A stretch of DNA of 64,000 nt from an uncultured Clostridia bacterium (GCA_934132805.1 CAKPAB010000001.1:197-64196); one strand, 5' to 3'. Shown: positions 18,762 through 29,527, counted from the stretch's first letter. Numbers and translations are program-made. The notes: generated from the letters alone by a model not told the origin.

Positions 18762-21323
18762 TTATTCAGTCTTCTTTTTTATTAAAATAGAATAAAAAAC
18801 AATAATTCCAATGGCAAAAATAGTAACACATATTCCAGTCTTAAAGCCTGGTAATTGGTATTTTATTTCAATACTATTTTCTCCCTCTGTTAATGGTATA
18901 ACCATCAATGCATTTTCTACTTTTTCTACTTTTTCTACTTTTATTTCTTCACCATTTCTAAAGATTTTCATTCCTTTTATATATGGTATAGTTGTACATA
19001 AATTTGTATTTTCTTCTGCTTGTACATTAAATTTAATATTATTTTGATTTAATTGTATATCTACTTTTTTATTGTTTATTTCTTCTGTAACTTGTTTTAA
19101 AGCATCTAAATCTAAAACATAAAATTGTTCTAAATCTATACTTAATTCAATATTTGATTCTACTGTTACAAAAGCTTTATTTGCATTTGTTGGAACATAA
19201 AAAACTGTTGGTGACATAGAACATGCATATCCTGTAGTATACACATCATTAACATTCAATTTTTCACTTACCATTGCACTATATGCTAAATTTCCATATA
19301 AAGCATAATTTCCATTTGGTATTTCTATATCATACCTAACCATATTATCACTTGTAGCAATCTTACTTATATTTTTCACTTCTTTATATAGTGTTATATC
19401 TTTTCCTACTAGATAACTATATAGTTTATTTTGATATTCAAATGAATTACTAGCTTCTATTTTTGAATAATCTTTATTATTAATTACAAACGCCATATCT
19501 AGTGCATATGGATTTCTATATACATATTTTCCATTAACCGGCTCAATTTCAGTTATTTTTTCTAAGCCTTTTATATCATATGGTGACAATACATACTTAA
19601 CTCCTAATAACGAATCTGCACCTACTATAGATGTGTTTATAATATTAGTAACTTTACCCTCAGACTTATATCCAAGTTTATCTAATAGTTTCATTTGATT
19701 ATTATCAGATGTTGATGTATATGCATTTATTGACATATAATTAAGTGCCAATGCTTCATTATAATTTAATGTTAAATTATTATCATCTTTTTGTCTAGTT
19801 TCTATTTGAGATACTCTATAATTACCAACATCATATTTTTTTAAGTCTTCTAGTTGTTTTTCTTGTTGTACTTGATATTCATTAAATGTATCAACCTTAG
19901 CATATTGATATTGTAGCATTAATAATCGTGTATTATGCATCATCTCAATAATACTCGTTAAAAGTATGCAAATTCCTACAATCTGATTTATATTTTTTTT
20001 ATTTTTAGTTTTTATATATATCATTATAACAATTGTAATTATAAATAAATAAATTAATGAAATATATACTAATTTATTTTCTGTTATATCTTTAGCCAAA
20101 TTTAAACATATGGATACTACACCAAAGACAACAGAAGTTATTATTAATTTTAATATACTTTCTTTTTTTATATTTTCATAATAATTTGCTGCTATAAAAA
20201 TAAATGTAAATATTATAACATATGCAAATCTATAAAAATAGCTTTCTGGTTGCTTTAGCAATGAAAATATTATGAAAAGTGGTTGCCAATAACTAAACAT
20301 AATTGTTATAAGTAATGTAATTGCTAATACAAGTTTATTTTTTATTTTATGTGATTTGCTTATAAAAAATTGCATACAACCTATTAATGGTATTGACCCA
20401 CAAAAAATTGTCAAAGCATCTGATGTACTTCTAGTTCCTATATGATAATTTTTAATTACTGTTAACATATTACCCCTAAAAACATTTCTAAAATTATCCC
20501 AATCAAAGCTACTTCCTTTTCCACCTCTTAATATTAATACATTTGGTAAAAATAATATCATACTTAGCATTACACCAAGCGACATAGACACAACATATCT
20601 TATGCCATCTTTTATAAATATTGTAAAGCTTTCTTTAAAATCATTTTTTCCTTGTACTTTATCTAATAATTCCTCTACTAAAAACCAAAATATCGAAAAT
20701 AAGCAATTTATTCCACCAGTATACCAATTAAAAATAATTGATAGTCCAACTGATATACTTAGTAGCCTCATTTTTTTGTTCTTTACTAATTCATAAACTC
20801 CCAATAAAATTAGTGGAAGCATATATACTGCATCTATCCACATGATATTACTTGCTTGTGCTATATTATATTGCATCAAAGAATAGCTAATAGCTAGTAA
20901 ATATACAAATAATGGTTTCATATTTTTAAATCTTTTTTGTATATACCATGAAAAAGTAAAACTTGCTAATGCCAATTTTATAACAACTAATAAATTAAAA
21001 AATGTTGGTATATTATCTTTACTAAAAAGCAATATTAATATATTTAATGGTGAGCTTAAATAATAACCATATATACCTATACCCGTATTTCCCAATGTAT
21101 TGCTTAATGTATAAAAAATACTATTTTTTCCTTCTAAGACATCCTTAAAATATGAAAAGAAGTCCATATATTGAATATTAGCATCCATCCAAGCAAATGA
21201 ATTATTTCCAAATGGTGCATATTTTTCTATAATTAGCAATATAAATAACATTGCAAAAACAAGCATAAAGGAAATTGTTGAATTTATTAGTATTTTATTT
21301 CCTTTTTTTATTTTGTTTTCCAT
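18762..21323 (-). CDS. YfhO-family membrane protein (GT-C glycosyltransferase used for teichoic-acid glycosylation)
   Basis: 853 aa. The N-terminal region (APFGNNSFAWMDANIQYMDFFSYFKDVL...GIGIYGYYLSSPLN) is typical of YfhO, with many TM helices and a large C-terminal extracytoplasmic domain. Confidence 0.8.
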   Translation of the reverse strand: MENKIKKGNKILINSTISFMLVFAMLFILLIIEKYAPFGNNSFAWMDANIQYMDFFSYFKDVLEGKNSIFYTLSNTLGNTGIGIYGYYLSSPLNILILLFSKDNIPTFFNLLVVIKLALASFTFSWYIQKRFKNMKPLFVYLLAISYSLMQYNIAQASNIMWIDAVYMLPLILLGVYELVKNKKMRLLSISVGLSIIFNWYTGGINCLFSIFWFLVEELLDKVQGKNDFKESFTIFIKDGIRYVVSMSLGVMLSMILFLPNVLILRGGKGSSFDWDNFRNVFRGNMLTVIKNYHIGTRSTSDALTIFCGSIPLIGCMQFFISKSHKIKNKLVLAITLLITIMFSYWQPLFIIFSLLKQPESYFYRFAYVIIFTFIFIAANYYENIKKESILKLIITSVVFGVVSICLNLAKDITENKLVYISLIYLFIITIVIMIYIKTKNKKNINQIVGICILLTSIIEMMHNTRLLMLQYQYAKVDTFNEYQVQQEKQLEDLKKYDVGNYRVSQIETRQKDDNNLTLNYNEALALNYMSINAYTSTSDNNQMKLLDKLGYKSEGKVTNIINTSIVGADSLLGVKYVLSPYDIKGLEKITEIEPVNGKYVYRNPYALDMAFVINNKDYSKIEASNSFEYQNKLYSYLVGKDITLYKEVKNISKIATSDNMVRYDIEIPNGNYALYGNLAYSAMVSEKLNVNDVYTTGYACSMSPTVFYVPTNANKAFVTVESNIELSIDLEQFYVLDLDALKQVTEEINNKKVDIQLNQNNIKFNVQAEENTNLCTTIPYIKGMKIFRNGEEIKVEKVEKVENALMVIPLTEGENSIEIKYQLPGFKTGICVTIFAIGIIVFYSILIKKKTE

Positions 21324-21339
21324 TATATCCCCCTATAGT

Positions 21340-23643
21340 TTATTTATAAATCTTCCTTAATTTTTCTTTAATTCCTGCCTTTTTCACTAATTTTATAATA
21401 CCAGTAGCTTGTAAAAATTTTATAAAACCTCTATAAACTGGGTTTGACCACAATCTTCCTTTTAACATAGATATTTTATAACTTTTAGCATTTTCAATTT
21501 CTAAATTATTTCCTCCACTTTGTGGAAAATAATTTCTTCTGTCTATTTGATTATATAAAACTATATATTGCTTATATAAATCTTTGTTTACTACACTTAA
21601 TGGGTTTATTGAAGTTCCATTTTTAGCAAATTCTTCAAATTCTTCTTCAAATGTTTTTACCATATTATTAACTGTAAAGCCATTTAATATTTTTTCTCTG
21701 CAATTATTTTTAATTTTATTATCTGCAAGTACTTCTTCTATAGCATTAGCATATCTTTCTATCTCTTCTTCTGAATAATTTCTATTGTACATTCCATTTT
21801 TTGCAGTTTGAATATTTTGAACTACTCTACCACAAGTATCGTCTACTAATTCTTTCTGTCCACCTACATCTGCTGTAACTACAGGTGTTCCCATAGCCAA
21901 TGATTCATAAGTAGTAATTGTTAAGCCTTCTACTAAAGAGCATATAACACTTACATCTGCAACTTTATAAAATGGTTTTACATTGCTTTGCATTCCGAAG
22001 AATATTACATTTTCAGCAACTCCATCTTTTTGTGCCATTTTTTTCATTTCTGTCAAAACCGGACCATCACCTACTACCATTAGTACTATATTAGGGTCTT
22101 TTTCTAACATCTTTTTTAGTACTTTTAAAATAAATATTGGTCTCTTTTCTTCTGATATCCTACATAAGAATAAAATTGCTTTTTTTCCTTTTAATCTATC
22201 TTTTTGTTCTGCTAAATCTTTATTGCTTTCTATATCTATTTTTTGACTATCAAATTCTTTTTCGTCAACACCAATATATACTGTTTTTACATTATCTATA
22301 GTTCTGCCTAAATCTTCCTTCATTATTTTTCTTAGTACTTTTGTACATGTATAAGTTTTATCCAAAAAACCATCTATTGCAACAGAGTCTCTTGGATATT
22401 CTCCATTTCTCCATCCCCAATTTACACTATGTAAATAATCTGTAAATACAACATTTGGGAATTCTGATTTTAACCATGGTATAGCATAAAAGCCAAAATA
22501 ACTACTTGATTGCATTACTATATCTATATTTCTTGATTTTATTAAATAATGTATAAATGCTGGCCAATCTTGTCTATTTAAAAAGCTTGTTAAGTCAAAT
22601 ACTTCTGCATGTTTTTCAAACTTTTGTCTCCAAACATATTCAGAATATTCTGTTGTGACTATTGTAATATCAAATTTATTTTTATCTAGCCTTTCTATTA
22701 AATCCAAATTAAATTTATCTGCTCCACCAACTTTAAACCATGGAAATATAAATAATAATCTTATTTTTTCGCCCTTATTATTGATTGGTTTACGATTCCA
22801 ATCAAATATATATGGATATGTATCATAATTCCATTTCGTTGTTGTTGGAAATTGTATTGCATATACATCATTTTTAACTTTTTTTGCTTGCTTTTCTATT
22901 TCATTTCTTGCATGTTCATCTCTTTTTTTATCATTATTAATAGAGTCTAATATCCCGCCTTCTTTTTTCTTTCTATACCAAAAACCATAATAATTCATTC
23001 TAATAGGAAAATATCCTTTTTCCATCATTCTTAGCCATAAATGCCAATCTTCATGAACATCATTATCCACTACTCCATATCCACCAACATCAAGTAATGC
23101 TTCTTTTTTTATTAATGAACAGACAGGAACAATATTTTCTTTTTTTTCTATATTGCAATCAAAGATTTTTCTCCATAAAAATTCTTGACCATCAAAATTA
23201 ACTAAATCTGCATATACCCATGACGCTTTAGGATTTGTTTTTAATGTCCAATAACTGCATTCTAGCATAGTTCTATCTATTGTATCATCTGCGTCTAATA
23301 TAAATAATAAATCACAATTAGATTTAGCAATTGCTGTATCTCTTGCCAAAATTCTGCCCTGATTTTTTTCATTATATACTTTTATTCTACTGTCTAGATT
23401 TTCAATCTCTTTTAAAGTTTCTTCTGTACCTTCTTCTGTGCTTCCATCATTAATAATTATCCATTCCCAATATGGAAATGTTTGGTTTATTACTGAATTA
23501 GCTGTTTGTCTAATATAGTTTTTACAATTATAATAACCTGTTATTATACTTATTAAAGGTTGTCCATCATTAATTGATTTATTTTTTGTTAATTCTTTTC
23601 CTGGGACCATATTATAGTCAAAATATTTTTCTTCCTCATTCAT
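21340..23643 (-). CDS. Bifunctional glycosyltransferase (N-terminal GT2 domain plus C-terminal GT4/GT1 domain)
   Basis: 767 aa. N-terminal ISIITGYYNC...IIINDGSTE...DADD. C-terminal GT1-like region (FLCRISEEKRP...VVGDGP...E..SLA.GTPVV). Confidence 0.7.
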   Translation of the reverse strand: MNEEEKYFDYNMVPGKELTKNKSINDGQPLISIITGYYNCKNYIRQTANSVINQTFPYWEWIIINDGSTEEGTEETLKEIENLDSRIKVYNEKNQGRILARDTAIAKSNCDLLFILDADDTIDRTMLECSYWTLKTNPKASWVYADLVNFDGQEFLWRKIFDCNIEKKENIVPVCSLIKKEALLDVGGYGVVDNDVHEDWHLWLRMMEKGYFPIRMNYYGFWYRKKKEGGILDSINNDKKRDEHARNEIEKQAKKVKNDVYAIQFPTTTKWNYDTYPYIFDWNRKPINNKGEKIRLLFIFPWFKVGGADKFNLDLIERLDKNKFDITIVTTEYSEYVWRQKFEKHAEVFDLTSFLNRQDWPAFIHYLIKSRNIDIVMQSSSYFGFYAIPWLKSEFPNVVFTDYLHSVNWGWRNGEYPRDSVAIDGFLDKTYTCTKVLRKIMKEDLGRTIDNVKTVYIGVDEKEFDSQKIDIESNKDLAEQKDRLKGKKAILFLCRISEEKRPIFILKVLKKMLEKDPNIVLMVVGDGPVLTEMKKMAQKDGVAENVIFFGMQSNVKPFYKVADVSVICSLVEGLTITTYESLAMGTPVVTADVGGQKELVDDTCGRVVQNIQTAKNGMYNRNYSEEEIERYANAIEEVLADNKIKNNCREKILNGFTVNNMVKTFEEEFEEFAKNGTSINPLSVVNKDLYKQYIVLYNQIDRRNYFPQSGGNNLEIENAKSYKISMLKGRLWSNPVYRGFIKFLQATGIIKLVKKAGIKEKLRKIYK

Positions 23644-23658
23644 TAAATATACTCTCCT

Positions 23659-24405
23659 TTATTTTGTCTCTTTAATATATTCTTCCACAACTTCTTTTGT
23701 TTCTCCATCCATTTTTATTTTTCCATCTTTAAGCCATACTGCTCTATCACATAACCTTTTTACTGATTCCATACTATGTGTTACAAATACCATTGTTTTT
23801 CCTTCGTTTTTTAATTCTAACATTTTATTAAAGCATTTATTTTGAAAATGTTCATCACCTACAGATAATATTTCGTCTATAAGCAAAATATCTGCATCAA
23901 CATTTATTGCTACCGAAAAGGCTAATCTCATATACATTCCTGATGAATATGTTCTTACTGGATTATCTATAAAGTCCCTTAGCTCTGAAAATTCTATTAT
24001 GTCTTCTAGTCTTTCATCTATTTCTTTTTTTGTCAAACCAAATATAGAAGCATTAAAATATATATTTTCTCTTCCTGAAAAATCAGGATGGAAACCTGCT
24101 CCTAATTCTAATAAAGATGTTAGTTTTCCATTTGTTTCTATTTTTCCTTTATTTGGATATATTATTTTTGTCATTAATTTTAGTAATGTTGATTTTCCAC
24201 TTCCATTTGTTCCAATTAAAGCTACAACTTCACCTTTTTTTACATTTAGATTAATTCCTTTTAATACTTCTCTTTTTTCTTTTCTATTTCTACTAAACAA
24301 AAACAATAATTTTTCTTTAATAGTATTTGCCTTATCTAAATACACATTAAATGTTTTGTATACATTATCTACTATAATGCTATATTCTTCATTATTTTTT
24401 TTCAT
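23659..24405 (-). CDS. ABC transporter ATP-binding protein (TagH/Wzt-like, no C-terminal carbohydrate-binding domain)
   Basis: Walker A GTNGSGKST, signature SGMYMRLAF, Walker B LLIDE. Confidence 0.85.
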   Translation of the reverse strand: MKKNNEEYSIIVDNVYKTFNVYLDKANTIKEKLLFLFSRNRKEKREVLKGINLNVKKGEVVALIGTNGSGKSTLLKLMTKIIYPNKGKIETNGKLTSLLELGAGFHPDFSGRENIYFNASIFGLTKKEIDERLEDIIEFSELRDFIDNPVRTYSSGMYMRLAFSVAINVDADILLIDEILSVGDEHFQNKCFNKMLELKNEGKTMVFVTHSMESVKRLCDRAVWLKDGKIKMDGETKEVVEEYIKETK

Positions 24406-24475
24406 TTTAAGCCTTTTTCCTTTCTAATTTTTCTCATTATATCATAAAATTATAATTTGTAAACATTTGTCGTAT

Positions 24476-25126
24476 TTATTTTTTATGTTTTGCTTTCTTT
24501 TTTCCTGTAAAAATTTTTATTATAACTATTAAAACAATGACTGCTACTACTATTCCTATAATTTCTTTATTATTTGAATCTATTTTTTTATTCTCTTCTT
24601 GATTTTCTATTTCATTAATTATAGTTTTATCTGTAAGAGTTGTTTGCATATCGTTTGCGGTAGAATTTTCATCTGTATTTGTATCTACACTAGAGCTATC
24701 ACTTTGTGTTATTTTTATTATATATGTCCTAACTGTTCCAGATTCTGCTGCAACATCAATTCTATATTCATTTTGATTTTTATTTATTTTTATATTTCCA
24801 GTTCCTGTTACAGTTGCCTTGCTGTCATCTGCTATTGCTTTTATATTGATTTCACTTTCTTTTACTTCCTTATTCAAAGTATATTCTAGGGTTTGCTTAT
24901 CAAATTCAGGTGATAATTCATATCCTTCCACACTTAAACTTGACAAATAATTATTATTTGATTTTAATGTATCAAATTTCTTATTTTGTTCTTGTTCCAT
25001 TTTTTCTGTTTGATTTCTTGCATCACCATCAGTAAAGTCAGCAAAACTTCCATATACATTATAAAAGTTTATATAAAAAGTTGTTGTTATACAAAATACA
25101 ATTAAAAATTTTATAATTTTTTTCAT
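24476..25126 (-). CDS. Small surface protein with a signal peptide, a cadherin-like beta-sandwich domain and a C-terminal TM anchor
   Basis: N-terminal signal, then LSSLSVEGYELSPEFDKQTLEYTL...ATVTG (PF12733-like), then a C-terminal hydrophobic helix with KKKAKHKK stop-transfer. Confidence 0.5.
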   Translation of the reverse strand: MKKIIKFLIVFCITTTFYINFYNVYGSFADFTDGDARNQTEKMEQEQNKKFDTLKSNNNYLSSLSVEGYELSPEFDKQTLEYTLNKEVKESEINIKAIADDSKATVTGTGNIKINKNQNEYRIDVAAESGTVRTYIIKITQSDSSSVDTNTDENSTANDMQTTLTDKTIINEIENQEENKKIDSNNKEIIGIVVAVIVLIVIIKIFTGKKKAKHKK

Positions 25127-25202
25127 ATTAATTCATTCCCTTCTACAAAAAATAGGTTGGAAAAGAATTGAATTTCACTCTAATTTTCCAACCTATTTCC
25201 AT

Positions 25203-28049
25203 TTATTTCAAGTATTTTATAGGCATAAATGCCTGTCTACCATCTGATAATTGAATTCTGCACCAATCATATCCATCTATATTATTATATCTTCCTTTAT
25301 CAATTACCCTTACCTCTGTTCCATCTGATAATGCCGTTATTTGGTCTAAGTAGATACTTGGTCCTACTCTTATTTTACAACCACTTCCGTCATTTGTTTT
25401 AACTTTTGCAGTATAATAACAATTTGTAACATCATTAACAACACTCAAATATGTTCCTGACATATAACCTATTACTCCATCCTCAGTTATTACTTTTTGC
25501 CAATTGCTATTAATTCCCCTCTGCACTGATAAAATAACAGTTCCTTGTGGTATTAATCTTAATTGTTTAGAACTTGTATTTGCACTTTCTCTTAAATACA
25601 ATCCACCATTTGCAGTAACCTTTACATTAATTGGTGATATTTCTGAGTTATTTACTGGCATTGCATATGCTGTTGTATTCATTTTTTCATATACTGGTAT
25701 TATAAATGTAAAATTAGCATCTGTTTTTCCTGTATTAGCATACATTGATTTTAATGTTCTTGCTTCACTATATGCTCCCATTAAATTTTGCATATATTGA
25801 TGTTCATATAATGCTGTTCCATTTCGTGTATCTATATCAAATTTATTTTGATATAGTGTATTTTGATAATTTTCTAACCAGTTTCTTTTGCAGAAATCTA
25901 TTCCGCCTTCAATTGCTTTTTCCATTGTGTCCCAACCATAAGATTTAGCTGTAGCTAATGCATTTTTACATATCTCTGCCCATCCATTTCCTGATGCGCC
26001 TATGTTGAATGGATTATAGTATGTTTTTCCATCTCCTCCATCCATTCCTCTACCTATAATTGTACCTGAATTACCTTGTTCTTGTAACAATCTTGATACT
26101 ATGTAATATGAATTTACATTTTTATTTCTACATGCAGTATCTATATCATTAGCATAATTTTGTAAAAATGTACCACTCACTTTGCTTTTTACTCCTTCTA
26201 GAGAGCATACTCCATTTAAATAACTATTTAAATTTTGAAATTGGAATACATTAGTTTCGTCTAAGAAGTTTCTTGGGTCCATATAATATGCTATTGCTTT
26301 TTCTGATGCACAATACCATCCACTATCATACAAAGTTGTCCCACATACTGAGCATATCCATTCTCCACCATATGAAGTTGGTACTAAGTTTCTTGAATGT
26401 ACTTTATATTCTCCTGCAACAACATCATCAAATTTTAAACCTGTATATAATAATTCAAAATTCCAATTTGGATGTTTATCAATTAAATTTTGTATTTTTT
26501 CTTTATATCCAGGATATTTTGTCTCATCTATATTTATATTGTTTTTAGATTCAACAAAAACAAATCTTTGTGCTTTTGAGCCATTACCTGCATATACTTG
26601 TATATTTCTAGCATTACCTGCAATACCATCTTGAACATCTAAATATAAATCATTACACTTTGAAATAATAGAATATGTTCCATCTGTGTTTTTAGCAATT
26701 ATCCATTTTTGTGCATCTGTTCCATTTGAATCATATTGCCTTACATTAGTTCCAGATGTTTTTCCTCCATCAGCTACATCTAATGCTTTACCAGAATGCG
26801 CTGCTGTTATTGAATAATATCCATCTCCTAAATATTTAACTTTAAATCTTTGTTGTCCAACTATTGCATCTTGATATAATTGCAAATTAGCATAACTTTG
26901 TGTTGAGCCTCCTGCAATATCAAATACATATTGTGTATTTAAAGATGATTTTATTGTATATGTTCCATCTGATATTGTTTTTTCTGGCTTTGGTGTTTCA
27001 TTTTTGTCTGGTGTACTACTTGAAACATTTTCAAACTCAAATTTTTGTGCTTTTGTTCCATTTCCAGCATACATCTGTATATTTTTTCCATTGCCAGCAC
27101 TTCCGCCTTGTACGTCTATGTATAAACCATTATGTTTTGAAATAATAGAATATGTTCCATCGCTGTTTTTAGCAATTATCCATTTTTGTGCATCTGTTCC
27201 ATTTGATTTAAATTGTTGTACATTTGTTCCTGATTCTTTTCCACCATTTGCTACATCTAATGATTTGTCAGAATGTTCTGCAAATATAGAATAATATCCA
27301 TCTCCTAAGTATTTAACCTTAAATCTTTGTTGCCATACATTTGAATTTTGATATAATTGTATATTGGCATAATTTTCTTTTGACCCGTCTACAACATCAA
27401 AAACATATTTAGTATTTAAAGATGATTTTATTGTATATGTTCCATCAGATAACGTCTTTTCTGGTTTTACTGTTTCATTTTTGTCTGGTGTACTATTTGA
27501 AATATTTTCAAATACAAATTTTTGTGCTTTTGTTCCATTTCCAGCATACATTTGTATATTTCTTCCATTTCCAGCTTTGCCATCTTGTACATCTATATAT
27601 AAACCATTACACTTTGAAACAATAGAGTACGTTCCATCATTGTTTTTAGCAATTATCCATTTTTGTGCATCTGTTCCATTTGAAGCATATTGTCTTACAT
27701 TAGTTCCTGATGTTTTTCCTCCATCAGCTACGTCTAATGACTTGTTAGAATGTACCGCAAATATAGAATAATATCCATCTCCTAGATATGTAATTTGGAA
27801 TTTTTGTTGCCATACATTTGCATTTTGATATAGCTGTAAATTTGCATAACTTTCTTTTGAGCCATCTACTATGTCAAATACATATTTTGTGTCTAGTGCT
27901 GATTTTATTACATATGTTCCATTTTCTAATGTTTTTGTGTTTTCAACTGCCTTTGTTTCTTTTATATTAAATATAAAAAGTAGAATTAAAAAGGTAATTG
28001 AAATATATAATATTTTTTTGATTTTTTTCATATTTTCTCTTCCTTTCAT
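25203..28049 (-). CDS. Secreted protein: signal peptide, three tandem ricin-B lectin domains, a cell-wall hydrolase-like domain and two bacterial SH3 domains (autolysin/enterotoxin-like architecture)
   Basis: Three 159-aa near-identical repeats with QxW motifs (AQKWIIAKN). A C-terminal region contains cysteine and aromatic-rich motifs (YYMDPRNF, NPFNIGA). Two SH3b-like modules follow (GYMSGTYLS; DWCRIQLSDGRQAFMPIKYL). Confidence 0.65.
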   Translation of the reverse strand: MKGRENMKKIKKILYISITFLILLFIFNIKETKAVENTKTLENGTYVIKSALDTKYVFDIVDGSKESYANLQLYQNANVWQQKFQITYLGDGYYSIFAVHSNKSLDVADGGKTSGTNVRQYASNGTDAQKWIIAKNNDGTYSIVSKCNGLYIDVQDGKAGNGRNIQMYAGNGTKAQKFVFENISNSTPDKNETVKPEKTLSDGTYTIKSSLNTKYVFDVVDGSKENYANIQLYQNSNVWQQRFKVKYLGDGYYSIFAEHSDKSLDVANGGKESGTNVQQFKSNGTDAQKWIIAKNSDGTYSIISKHNGLYIDVQGGSAGNGKNIQMYAGNGTKAQKFEFENVSSSTPDKNETPKPEKTISDGTYTIKSSLNTQYVFDIAGGSTQSYANLQLYQDAIVGQQRFKVKYLGDGYYSITAAHSGKALDVADGGKTSGTNVRQYDSNGTDAQKWIIAKNTDGTYSIISKCNDLYLDVQDGIAGNARNIQVYAGNGSKAQRFVFVESKNNINIDETKYPGYKEKIQNLIDKHPNWNFELLYTGLKFDDVVAGEYKVHSRNLVPTSYGGEWICSVCGTTLYDSGWYCASEKAIAYYMDPRNFLDETNVFQFQNLNSYLNGVCSLEGVKSKVSGTFLQNYANDIDTACRNKNVNSYYIVSRLLQEQGNSGTIIGRGMDGGDGKTYYNPFNIGASGNGWAEICKNALATAKSYGWDTMEKAIEGGIDFCKRNWLENYQNTLYQNKFDIDTRNGTALYEHQYMQNLMGAYSEARTLKSMYANTGKTDANFTFIIPVYEKMNTTAYAMPVNNSEISPINVKVTANGGLYLRESANTSSKQLRLIPQGTVILSVQRGINSNWQKVITEDGVIGYMSGTYLSVVNDVTNCYYTAKVKTNDGSGCKIRVGPSIYLDQITALSDGTEVRVIDKGRYNNIDGYDWCRIQLSDGRQAFMPIKYLK
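26496..27929. repeat. Three tandem 477-bp direct repeats (about 85-90% identical) encoding the three lectin modules
   Basis: Opposite-strand spurious ORFs are duplicated with 477-bp periodicity (27004-27294 vs 27481-27771). The protein repeats are near-identical. Confidence 0.8.
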
Positions 28050-28147
28050 ATATTTATTTCATCCTAATTTTATCATATTTTGTAGAATATTTAAACATTT
28101 TTAATATTACATTTATGTTACAATTATATTACATAAAACTTTCTTTT

Positions 28148-29527
28148 TTATTTTCTAAATATTTTCTTTGCAAATTTAAAAAATCTACTATTATATATTT
28201 CTTCTAACTTTCTATTTAACTCATGATTTTCAGCATTTACTTTTTCTAATTCAATATTTTTAGCATTCAAACTATCCATCAATTTTCCTGCCTTTTCTTT
28301 TTCATTTTCTATTTGAGAAGACAGCCATTGCTTTGCTTCTTCACTTTTAGCATAATTTTCATTTACTTGATTATTAGCCTTCACATACAAATTTTGTAAA
28401 TCTATAATATATTTAAGAAATTCCGTTGTATATTCATTTTTATTAATTCCTGTATTATTTTTGACAATATAAATAGAATTAGATGAATTTAAATTTTTAT
28501 AAGCATAATCGTAATTTTCTTTTACAATTTTATCTATGTCATCTTGGTTTAATTTTTCTACTAAATCAACTATTTTTCTTTCTTCAATAGTTTCAAAGTC
28601 TATTGCGGCAAAATTTGTATTTGCAACTTTTTCTATAATATCTGGAGTCAAAATACATTTTATTCCATTATAACTACTTATTAATGCAATTTTTTTCATT
28701 GCAACCGCTTCTAATATACATCGTCCCATTCCTATAACCATATCATTTTCTGCCATAATTTCAGCAACATTATTTATTTGTCCCAGCATAATAACAGATT
28801 TTTTTATATCTTCTATCCATTCTTCTACTTCTTTCCTTTTTTCACCATCTCCTGCTATTGTTAACACTGAATTAGGATGTTTTTCATTATATATTCTAAA
28901 CAAAGCTATTGCATTTTTTATTGAATCTAATTTTTCGGTGCTAAGCCTACTAATCAACAAAATTTTTTCGATTTTCTCAGGATTTTTTTTACCATTAAAG
29001 TTATCAAAATCTATACTGTTTTTTATAACTAAATATTTGTTATCTTGTATATTATACTTTGTTTTATTTTCCTCTTTTACTGCTTCTGTTATTGTTATTA
29101 TTTTTTGAGCCAACTCAAAATACAAATTAAACATTATATTATAAGAAAGATAATTTTTTTCAAACCAATCATATGTTCCTTTTATTTCTGAGTGAATATA
29201 TGCAACATATGGCACTTCGCAAAAAACACATGCAGGAAACACTACACTTATGCAATCTATTTGATGAATATTAACTTGTTCAATATTATATTTTTTTATA
29301 ATATCACATATATGTTGTATTTTAGTAGTATCAACTTCATTTTGAATAATAAATTCAAAATCTATACATATTGCTCCTACTTTTTCAAACTGTTCTTTAT
29401 AAATCCCATTTTTTGCTACTACCACAACTTTATAGCCTTTTTTTATTAATTGAGTCGTTTGACTTAAAGCTGCTGTTTCAATTCCACCTATACCAAGTTG
29501 TTTTAAACATAACATTATTGTTTTCAA
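28148..29527 (-). CDS. GT4 (GT1-fold) glycosyltransferase with a C-terminal coiled-coil extension
   Basis: N-terminal GIGGIETAALSQ motif and retaining GT-B architecture. The C-terminal 80 aa are lysine/glutamate-rich and heptad-like. Confidence 0.7.
   Translation of the reverse strand: MKTIMLCLKQLGIGGIETAALSQTTQLIKKGYKVVVVAKNGIYKEQFEKVGAICIDFEFIIQNEVDTTKIQHICDIIKKYNIEQVNIHQIDCISVVFPACVFCEVPYVAYIHSEIKGTYDWFEKNYLSYNIMFNLYFELAQKIITITEAVKEENKTKYNIQDNKYLVIKNSIDFDNFNGKKNPEKIEKILLISRLSTEKLDSIKNAIALFRIYNEKHPNSVLTIAGDGEKRKEVEEWIEDIKKSVIMLGQINNVAEIMAENDMVIGMGRCILEAVAMKKIALISSYNGIKCILTPDIIEKVANTNFAAIDFETIEERKIVDLVEKLNQDDIDKIVKENYDYAYKNLNSSNSIYIVKNNTGINKNEYTTEFLKYIIDLQNLYVKANNQVNENYAKSEEAKQWLSSQIENEKEKAGKLMDSLNAKNIELEKVNAENHELNRKLEEIYNSRFFKFAKKIFRK

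Noticed and set aside
26496-27929. Tandem repeat considered as a possible CRISPR-like or satellite array
   Set aside because: The repeats are 477 bp, coding and in frame (lectin domains). No short repeat-spacer periodicity is present.
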